Source: Candidatus Kerfeldbacteria bacterium CG_4_10_14_0_8_um_filter_42_10
GTDB lineage: Bacteria; Patescibacteriota; Patescibacteriia; UM-FILTER-42-10
DNA: 64,000 nt
Reading direction: 5' to 3'
Assembly (NCBI GenBank): GCA_002784945.1
Contig: PFMD01000002.1
Location: 10,477 to 74,476, forward strand
Position 1 is the stretch's first letter, and every line of letters begins with the position of its first letter. Below the pieces are notes generated by a model, which searched no databases, had not been told where the DNA came from, and saw only the letters and a program-made list of their open reading frames with translations. The translations under genes and the position numbers were made by a program. Shown here piece by piece: positions 56,955 through 64,000 of this stretch.

Positions 56955-58385
56955 ATGTCAGTTGTTAAGAAAATAACTAAAAATACATTTTGGCTAGCGA
57001 TCTCTTCAATCACAAGTAAATTAATCGGTTTTGGAATTGTCGTTTTGGTTGCCAGAAATCTATTATCAGAGGGGTTTGGGCAATATAGTTTTGCCCTTTC
57101 ATTCGGAATTATTATCAATGTTATTGCGGACTTTGGTCTTTCTACTTTGACTAACCGCGATCTCGCGAGGGATCGAAATCAGACTAAACATTATATTGAA
57201 AATATTATTGTTATTAAAACAGTGCTGACAGCAGTGGCCTTTGCACTACTAGTAATAATTCTGGAATTTATCGATAAGCCGCTTTACGTTAAAGTTATTG
57301 TCTTCCTTGCCAGCTTGTATGTTGTCATTGAATCTTACAATACTTTTTTTTATGCTGTTTTCAGGGCTAATGAAAAAATGCAATTCGAAACAATTTCTCG
57401 AATATTGGAAAGAGGTCTAATATTAGGATTAATTGCTTTATTTTTCAATCTAGGTTATGGCATTTTTTTTGTTTTTGTCGCCTATATTGTGGGTGAATTG
57501 ATAAGTATGCTCGTTACTGCGATTATAGTCTATAAAAAATTCTGTCATTTTACTTTTAGGATTGACTTACCCCAGTGGAAAAAATTTCTAAAACCCAGTC
57601 TATTTTTTGCTTTAACCAACGTTTTTATTATTGTTTACTTTAAAATCGATGTGCTGATGCTATCAATTATGAAAAATGACCGGATTACCGGTCTTTACTC
57701 TTCTGCTTACGACCTGCTATTTGCCTTTATCTTTATACCAACTATTATGAACGCTGTTGTCTTTCCTAGAATCTCTTTTTTAGCTAGGAATTTTTTTGAT
57801 AAATTCAAAATTTTAATTCAGTTACTCCTGAAGTATTTTTTAATTATTGCTTTCCCATTGAGTATCGGGCTATACTTTACAGCCCCATTTTTAATGAAAT
57901 TAATATATGGCTCCGATTTCCTAGAAGCTATCCCCTTATTTCAACTTATGTCCATCGTTATGGTTTTTGTATTTCTAAACTTTATCAACGGCTCTTATCT
58001 TAATGCGCTGGATAAACAGCATATCTCGACAATTATTGCGGGCATATGCATGGTGCTGAATATCGCGATTAATTTGGTTTTAATTCCAATTTTGGCGGCC
58101 AAAGGAGCGGCCATTGCCACAATCATTACTGAAGCGGTTTTGGCTCTATTTTCTTTATTAGCAATAAAAAAATTCACCGGCGAACCTAAGGCAGAATTCA
58201 TCATACTGTCAGCAAAGCTCATTTTAGCCAGTTTGATAGCAATCGGGACGGGCATATTGACTTCGGCATTCCACCCTATTCTTCAAGGTATAACCGCATG
58301 TTTAACTTATTCATTGGCAGTTTTTGCCTTAGGTGTGTTTAATGCCCAAGATCGTCCTTATTTCTTAGAACTAGTGCGAAAATGA
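56955..58385 (+). CDS. MOP-superfamily oligosaccharide flippase (Wzx/PST family)
   Basis: 476 aa; about 14 TM; N-terminus …FWLAISSITSKLIGFGIVVLVARNLLSEGFGQYSFA is typical of polysaccharide-biosynthesis (PST) flippases. Confidence 0.7.
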   Translation: MSVVKKITKNTFWLAISSITSKLIGFGIVVLVARNLLSEGFGQYSFALSFGIIINVIADFGLSTLTNRDLARDRNQTKHYIENIIVIKTVLTAVAFALLVIILEFIDKPLYVKVIVFLASLYVVIESYNTFFYAVFRANEKMQFETISRILERGLILGLIALFFNLGYGIFFVFVAYIVGELISMLVTAIIVYKKFCHFTFRIDLPQWKKFLKPSLFFALTNVFIIVYFKIDVLMLSIMKNDRITGLYSSAYDLLFAFIFIPTIMNAVVFPRISFLARNFFDKFKILIQLLLKYFLIIAFPLSIGLYFTAPFLMKLIYGSDFLEAIPLFQLMSIVMVFVFLNFINGSYLNALDKQHISTIIAGICMVLNIAINLVLIPILAAKGAAIATIITEAVLALFSLLAIKKFTGEPKAEFIILSAKLILASLIAIGTGILTSAFHPILQGITACLTYSLAVFALGVFNAQDRPYFLELVRK

Positions 58386-59275
58386 AAGTAGGTATAATTA
58401 TCTTAAATTGGAATGGCTGGAAAGACACCCAGGAATGTTTAAAATCATTGGTACAAATTACTTATTCCGATTTCTTTGTTACCGTTATAGATAACGGTTC
58501 GGATAACAACGAAGCGCAACGGATAATTTCAGAATTTGGTAAGTTCGCAAGAGTTATTAGTCTGCCGAAGAATCTAGGATACGCCAGGGGTAATAACTTC
58601 GGTATCCAGCACTCTTTGAAAGAGGGGGCGGAAGCTGTTTTATTGTTAAATAATGATGTTGTAGCGGACAAAAATTTCCTTAATTTTCTAGTTAATAAAT
58701 TAAAAGAGGATCGTGTTGGCATCGTTGGTCCTAAAATTCTTTATTATCACGAAAAAAACAGAATCTGGTATGGCGGAGGCACATTTCACTGGTGGACTGG
58801 ACTGGCATTCCACTATGGTGAGGGAAAATTGGATTCGCCGGCGTATAATAAAACTAGAGAGGTTTCCTTTATTACAGGATGTTCAATGCTAATAAAAAAA
58901 GAAGTTTTTGAGAAAATTGGTTACTTGGACGAAGAATATCAATTATACTGGGAAGACGCTGATTTTTGTTATCGAACCTTTAAAAAATGTTTTAGTCTGT
59001 GGTATGTTCCAGAAAGTCGGATTTGGCACAAAGTATCAAGAACGATCGGAGAGGGCAGTCCGAAACGAAGTTACCTCGTTACAAAAAGCCGTATTCTTTT
59101 TATGAAAAAACATCTCTCAAAATTACAATGGTTGATTTTTGCAACGCTCTTTACATTTTACAAAATACCTTTAAAAATCTTCCATTGTCTACATAAGGGA
59201 AGAATAGAAAACTTAAAGGCGTTCTTTATAGGAATTAAAGATGGGTTAATTAATTCAGATCAGAAATTCAAATAG
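58382..59275 (+). CDS. GT2-family glycosyltransferase (rhamnosyltransferase-like)
   Basis: 297 aa; MKVGIIILNWNGWKDTQECL…VIDNGSDN, NNDV; 4-nt overlap with the flippase gene. Confidence 0.7.
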   Translation: MKVGIIILNWNGWKDTQECLKSLVQITYSDFFVTVIDNGSDNNEAQRIISEFGKFARVISLPKNLGYARGNNFGIQHSLKEGAEAVLLLNNDVVADKNFLNFLVNKLKEDRVGIVGPKILYYHEKNRIWYGGGTFHWWTGLAFHYGEGKLDSPAYNKTREVSFITGCSMLIKKEVFEKIGYLDEEYQLYWEDADFCYRTFKKCFSLWYVPESRIWHKVSRTIGEGSPKRSYLVTKSRILFMKKHLSKLQWLIFATLFTFYKIPLKIFHCLHKGRIENLKAFFIGIKDGLINSDQKFK

Positions 59276-60351
59276 GCCAGTATTTTATTCTGAAAATTAA
59301 TTTCATCATACTTTTGAATATCAGCTTTCAGTAATCGACGATAATCGTCCTTTTTATCATCAGGCATATCTAACATATTTTCTAATTTTTCTACGGCATT
59401 ATCAAGCTCATTGAATCTAAATTCCTTGAATCTAACCACTTCTTGCTGCCCTCCTGAATTATGTACAAGGGGTAAACATCCGGCAGCTACCGCTTCGACA
59501 GTTGAAAGCCCAAAATGCTCCTCAATTGTGGTATGTAAGAAAATCAATGAACTGCAAAGAACCTGTTTTAATTGGTTGAAATTGGCATTAGGAAGCAACG
59601 TTATATTTTGAACAGAATCCAATTTAATTTTTTTCAAAATTTTTCTAAAATAAGCGTCATTTTTAACAGAACCGACAAAGGTGAATTGAACTCTCGGAAA
59701 TTTTTTAGCAATTTCGATCTGCAAAAAATAATTTTTTTCTCGACTGAATCGGCCTATAGAAACAATGCCAGAACGATTGGGGTTTCTATTACAATAAAAT
59801 TCATTTAAATTTACTGGCGGATATATAATGGGGATTTTTATACCGGTGGATTTTTCTATTTCATTTTGAATATATTCAGATTGAGTAATATTTATTATTC
59901 CTGGATGTATTCTTCGGAATTTTTTGATTCCAATTGAGGATAATATTTTAGTAATTAAAATATAAAAATATGTTGCTTTAGAAAATCTAGCCGCTCTTCG
60001 ATCGTTCAAAACATAGATATATTTAAGATATTTAGTGCTATTAAAAACTAGGGGGGGCTTATTGGTAAAATCATAAACAAAATCATATTTTTCCAAACTA
60101 TGCAAAATTGGATTCGAGAAAAATATTTCTTTAAGAAAATGAAAGATCTTAACATTTGGTGTATTTATTTTTATTAAATTAAATTTTACATTCTTGTTGT
60201 ATCTTGTCTCAATCTCTTCATATCTGACGTTTTCTTCAGTTAATATATCGGGTGTGATTAATTTTCTGTTCAAAGCTTCAATTAACGAAATAACATTTCT
60301 TTCTCCGCCTCCAAATACTTTTAAACTTCGAATTATAATTGCAACATACAT
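59260..60351 (-). CDS. GT4-family (GT-B) glycosyltransferase
   Basis: 363 aa; C-terminal EHFGLSTVEAVAAGCLPLV (E-x7-E). Confidence 0.65.
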   Translation of the reverse strand: MYVAIIIRSLKVFGGGERNVISLIEALNRKLITPDILTEENVRYEEIETRYNKNVKFNLIKINTPNVKIFHFLKEIFFSNPILHSLEKYDFVYDFTNKPPLVFNSTKYLKYIYVLNDRRAARFSKATYFYILITKILSSIGIKKFRRIHPGIINITQSEYIQNEIEKSTGIKIPIIYPPVNLNEFYCNRNPNRSGIVSIGRFSREKNYFLQIEIAKKFPRVQFTFVGSVKNDAYFRKILKKIKLDSVQNITLLPNANFNQLKQVLCSSLIFLHTTIEEHFGLSTVEAVAAGCLPLVHNSGGQQEVVRFKEFRFNELDNAVEKLENMLDMPDDKKDDYRRLLKADIQKYDEINFQNKILAYLNF

Positions 60352-60428
60352 TCTACTTGGAAATAAAAAATTAATATAATATTAATCAAAGCTTAACTAA
60401 TTTTGTCTATTATATAACTGTGTTTTTT

Positions 60429-62606
60429 TTATTCTTCCGAAATTGATTCTACATCACTTACTAAGTTCTCAATTTCATTTCTGTAATCCCGTTGCTCAAT
60501 ATCTCCTATTACTTTGTAAACAAAACTGCTCTCTTGCGACTGTTCGGTATTTAAAATATATTCTGTATACTTATATTTCAATGGATCGATTACCTTGTAG
60601 ATATCTAAACTTAATTCGTGATTGATAATTCGATTGGGAGGTATGTTATTCTGAAGTTTTCTAATTTTTTTCAATTCTATCTTACTGTTAGATTTTATAT
60701 ACCCAGTTATATTGGATTCTGCATTAAGTTTCTGATAAATAAAGTTATAGCTGCTAATTCTTTCTAAATTATCATCGGCATAACCGTCAAAAAAATTCGA
60801 ATTCTTACGGTCGGTGACAATATACACCTGGTTGTATTTTTTTATTAACTCTAGCAGACGATTTTCTGACTGGTTGTCTTTCCAGTTTATAATACTAATC
60901 AGATCGTTATCGTCGTTTTCCCAATTTGGGTATTGGCTAATAAGCGAAGGTAAATCATTTTCAAATTCCTCATTCCGGTACAAATCAAAATTCGGAAGAG
61001 CGTTGTAACTATAAAAATAATGTTGAAGAATGGCAATTTTTTGCCAGTTCCAACCAGGATTCATCAGGATTAATGAATCTCGGGGAAACTTGCTATTAAA
61101 TTCCTCCAATTGATCTCTAATCCCCTCGTGTTCTATTGCAAAGAATATGGGTCTGGTAAAAATTATGCCGATTAAAACTACCAAGAAAACCAAACCGACT
61201 ATTTTTTTTCTTTCCAGCCTTAATCTGACTAAAACAATGGCGGACAATATTATGAATAGAGGAATTAAAGTAGGGTAAAAACGCCTCATAAACCAGGGTT
61301 GATCCAAAGCAATATTGGGTTCAATGATGAATAAAAAGGCCGGCAGCAGCACGCTAGTTAAAATAAATTCTTGACTAGTAAATATTTTTTTTCTAAGACC
61401 GAATAGAATAACGAGGATGTAAATAAAATAGAAGTAAAAAACAAAGTTTTCTAAAACATACTGAGTCCGATAAAAAAACCAAGTCAGGTCGCCCGACTTT
61501 TCTAAAACAAAAATTGCCAGCTCAAACAGCGCTACTGTGCCTAAAATTATCCAAAACAAAAGCTTTTGATAATTAATCTTTTTCCGGATAAAGAGATAAA
61601 TCGCAACCAGAATGGCAAGAATTGAGATGATGGTCGATAAAACGTAAGGATTATTAAAATTAAATCCTTCTAAAACGTCAGTCGCCTGATTAATAATATA
61701 GTTAGCTTTATAGAATTTGACGTAATAATAAAAAAGGATAAAATTAGCAGCTACGGTTAAGAGTGGCAACAAGAACAGAAGGGTTTTGTCTCTTAGCTCT
61801 TTTTTATACTTAAAAATAATCAGAAAACCAGAAACAAGGAGATAAAAAACAAAAAAAATCAGTCCTTCGGCACGAGCTAAAGACAAAAGCGAAAAAGGAA
61901 TTAATCCGCAGAAGAGGTAGAGCGGCTTTTTTTTGCTTACTGCTTCACTCAGCATCCATAAGCCGAACCAGATTAAAAAGATAAAAACATTTTCAACATT
62001 AGTTCGCTTGGGAAACCATAAAAATACATAAGAAGATAATAAAAAAATCAGCGCTAAAAGAGAGCCTTTTTCCCCTGCCAAATTTTTTACCAAATAATAA
62101 ATAACGCCCAGTGTAAAGAACATTAATAAAACATTGGCCCAAAACAACAAACTTAGCCCACCAAATAAATAATAGACCGCTAAATATACAATATAAACGG
62201 GTAAAAATTGAGAAGTGAATAAATCACCTTCTAAATTGCGTACTCCGTGCACGGGACGAGAAAAATAATCTTCCCATTTCAAGGAGTGCGAATCCACTAA
62301 TCGATCCGCTCCATAAATATAGCTTAAATCATCCCGACTAGTGGGTAAATCATGATGGAAAAAGCCAATAATCAATACGAATAAAAAAATTAGGGTAAAA
62401 CATACAGCCGCTGTCTTATTGAAATTTTTCTTCGAGGCATTCCTTATTCCTAAAAAAAAGAAAAACAGCGAGATTAATACAAAGCCCGCCGTTACCGGCA
62501 TAACTACTCCATAAGTGAAATAACCAAAAACGGCCAATCCTAAAATAACGGTCAAATATATGCTAAAGGAAAGACAAATACTAAGAAAAGATTTTTTTAG
62601 CGGCAT
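60429..62606 (-). CDS. large polytopic membrane protein with C-terminal soluble domain, putative GT-C-like glycosyltransferase or polymerase
   Basis: 725 aa; more than 14 TM helices in the N-terminal 480 aa, then a hydrophilic 240-aa tail. Confidence 0.3.
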   Translation of the reverse strand: MPLKKSFLSICLSFSIYLTVILGLAVFGYFTYGVVMPVTAGFVLISLFFFFLGIRNASKKNFNKTAAVCFTLIFLFVLIIGFFHHDLPTSRDDLSYIYGADRLVDSHSLKWEDYFSRPVHGVRNLEGDLFTSQFLPVYIVYLAVYYLFGGLSLLFWANVLLMFFTLGVIYYLVKNLAGEKGSLLALIFLLSSYVFLWFPKRTNVENVFIFLIWFGLWMLSEAVSKKKPLYLFCGLIPFSLLSLARAEGLIFFVFYLLVSGFLIIFKYKKELRDKTLLFLLPLLTVAANFILFYYYVKFYKANYIINQATDVLEGFNFNNPYVLSTIISILAILVAIYLFIRKKINYQKLLFWIILGTVALFELAIFVLEKSGDLTWFFYRTQYVLENFVFYFYFIYILVILFGLRKKIFTSQEFILTSVLLPAFLFIIEPNIALDQPWFMRRFYPTLIPLFIILSAIVLVRLRLERKKIVGLVFLVVLIGIIFTRPIFFAIEHEGIRDQLEEFNSKFPRDSLILMNPGWNWQKIAILQHYFYSYNALPNFDLYRNEEFENDLPSLISQYPNWENDDNDLISIINWKDNQSENRLLELIKKYNQVYIVTDRKNSNFFDGYADDNLERISSYNFIYQKLNAESNITGYIKSNSKIELKKIRKLQNNIPPNRIINHELSLDIYKVIDPLKYKYTEYILNTEQSQESSFVYKVIGDIEQRDYRNEIENLVSDVESISEE

Positions 62607-63444
62607 AGTACAGCCGAATAAAAGGAAGATAAATTAGCTTAATCAAATAATAGCACTTTTCTAAAGGATTGTAATATCGTCTTACTATTTTTGCTCGTGC
62701 CTTTATTTTCAATATAATTTTTTTCCATAGAAATTTATTAAAGGTAATTCTTTCCCCGCTATTCTCTTTATGAATAATATAACTGTTCGGAATCAAACCA
62801 AGCTGGAAACCGGCTTTTACTGCCCGCAGACTGTAGTCAACGTCTTCACCGTACATAAAAAAATTCTCGTCCAATAGCCCTATTCTATCTACTACTTCTC
62901 TTTTAATAAATAAAGCGCAAGCAGGTAACCAATCAACCGCGTTATTCTTATCCATTTCCTTAAGAATGTTTTTTTTGCTAAGATGATGTCCTATTTTAGT
63001 GGTAAAATGAGTCAGGATTTCTTTGCCGTGATAAATCTTGGCGCCGGCAAACCAAATTCTTTTCTCCCGGGGATATAGAATTATTGGACTGGCTAATCCC
63101 ACCTTTTGATTTTCCCGCAAATACTGTAAACCTTGGTCAATAAAATCAGGCGCCACTTCGGTATCTTGATTAAGCAGAATAATTGATTCGGCACCTAACT
63201 CCAACGCTTTTCTAATTCCAATATTATTCCCTTTCGCGAATCCTAGGTTGGTATTACTCTCAATTAAAACAATATCCTTAAAATTGCTTTTGATTATTTC
63301 CTTGGTTTGGTCCTTCGAATTATTATCAACAATGATCACTCCGAGAGACCCTTGGTCCTTTTGAGAATATAGAGAATTTAAACAATCTGCTATATACTGC
63401 TGGCCATTCCAAGTTACAATAATTACATAAATCTTATTTTTCAT
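62581..63444 (-). CDS. GT2-family glycosyltransferase
   Basis: 287 aa; IYVIIVTWNGQQYIADCL…VDNNSKD, LLNQDT (DxD-like); overlaps upstream and downstream neighbours. Confidence 0.7.
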   Translation of the reverse strand: MKNKIYVIIVTWNGQQYIADCLNSLYSQKDQGSLGVIIVDNNSKDQTKEIIKSNFKDIVLIESNTNLGFAKGNNIGIRKALELGAESIILLNQDTEVAPDFIDQGLQYLRENQKVGLASPIILYPREKRIWFAGAKIYHGKEILTHFTTKIGHHLSKKNILKEMDKNNAVDWLPACALFIKREVVDRIGLLDENFFMYGEDVDYSLRAVKAGFQLGLIPNSYIIHKENSGERITFNKFLWKKIILKIKARAKIVRRYYNPLEKCYYLIKLIYLPFIRLYYAAKKIFS

Positions 63445-64000
63445 TTTTTTCTATTATCACCACGAAATATCCTCCTAATCGGCCAAGCAAGGACTGGCTT
63501 AATTTTCTTTCCAAGGCAATAAAAATTGGCATTGTGGAAAGTTTTTTGCCTATTGCTAAAATTTTTATTCCGTAATATTCCGCTATTTTCCAATCTTTGG
63601 GCAAATAGCTCCTAATTTTTTTGAGGCTGTCGTATCTAATATAGACTTTCCGACGATTGATTAAATTATAGGCCCAGTTGGTAATTTTCTTTAAGCTATA
63701 AGGATTATAAAACTCCAAAATTAAAATACCGTCATCCTTTGCCACCCTTACCGCTTCCTCGATAACTTTTTTTATTTCTGGAATATGGGCCAGTACTTTA
63801 AAGGAGTAAACTAAATCAAAACTATTATCGGGGAAAGGAATTTCAGTAGCATTAGCCACTTGAACATTCAATTTTTTCTCTTTTGCTTTTTCTAACATAC
63901 CTGGCGATAAATCGATGCCTCTGGCTAAAGAGGTAAATTTATTCACTTCATTCAAAATAATTCCGGTGCCACAGCCAATCTCGAGAACATTTTTATTTTC
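63434..64000 (-). CDS. class I SAM-dependent methyltransferase, N-terminus beyond window end (partial)
   Basis: The track start at 63955 is internal. The frame continues upstream through motif I (…NVLEIGCGTGII…, rc of 63961-64000) to the window edge. Confidence 0.55.
   Translation of the reverse strand, partial: ENKNVLEIGCGTGIILNEVNKFTSLARGIDLSPGMLEKAKEKKLNVQVANATEIPFPDNSFDLVYSFKVLAHIPEIKKVIEEAVRVAKDDGILILEFYNPYSLKKITNWAYNLINRRKVYIRYDSLKKIRSYLPKDWKIAEYYGIKILAIGKKLSTMPIFIALERKLSQSLLGRLGGYFVVIIEKNEK

Noticed and set aside
63434-63955. Treating the track's Met at 63955 as the true start of the methyltransferase
   Set aside because: The reading frame continues upstream through the SAM-binding motif I (LEIGCGTG) to the window edge, so the gene is 5'-truncated by the window, not 173 aa long.
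1-64000. Alternative genetic code (UGA recoding as in SR1/Gracilibacteria)
   Set aside because: Long uninterrupted ORFs are obtained with the standard code and TGA is used as a stop (e.g. 16551-16553, ATGA overlap with the next start). No sign of in-frame TGA codons splitting genes.
1-64000. tRNA/rRNA genes in intergenic spacers
   Set aside because: Inspected all spacers >60 bp (5227-5520, 12085-12223, 25481-25759, 28133-28357, 29306-29440, 45236-45374, 50700-50844, 53842-53941, 55656-55874). None shows acceptor/T-arm (GTTCGAAT-like) organisation or rRNA signatures.

Overview
The window reads as a compact, AT-rich bacterial chromosome segment. Intergenic spacers are short and Shine-Dalgarno motifs are mostly absent. 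TGA is used as a stop codon, so the standard code applies. Gene content and style are consistent with a small-genome lineage, possibly Patescibacteria/CPR-like; that assignment is inference only.

Content, 5' to 3':
- Cell-wall genes: pgeF and mraY.
- A GT39/PMT-like membrane glycosyltransferase.
- A type IV pilus locus: pilB, pilC, pilM, pilN, pilO, then a convergent cysteine desulfurase, then an operon of a 739-aa pilin-like protein, a pseudopilin, a PilX-like protein and an Asn-rich surface protein carrying TSP3-like repeats.
- A housekeeping block: rpmA, pyrG, rplI, acyP, an S41 protease and murA.
- A PEGA-domain protein.
- dTDP-rhamnose genes rmlD and rmlB, then rmlC and rmlA. These two pairs are split by an ahcY / PfkB-kinase / NUDIX block.
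- A glycan-biosynthesis region of about 30 kb with two epimerases, an Und-P-sugar synthase-like GT2, GT4 and GT2 enzymes, an ABC exporter, a DegT aminotransferase, a GNAT, a WecF-like GT56, WbqC, several methyltransferases, a Wzx flippase and four very large GT-C-like membrane proteins. One IS5-family element interrupts it.

The most interesting non-coding signals are:
- A three-copy family of roughly 85-110-bp palindromic elements built from TAGCTT/AAGCTA words. Each copy sits immediately after a stop codon, and two copies exactly bracket the ahcY-kinase-NUDIX block.
- A two-copy conserved element of about 105 nt with a compensatory stem change. One copy lies directly downstream of a perfect sigma70 consensus promoter in front of pilB.
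- An IS5-family element whose 3' region carries a second, nested copy of its terminal repeat and a GC-rich hairpin.

No tRNA, rRNA or CRISPR array was detected.
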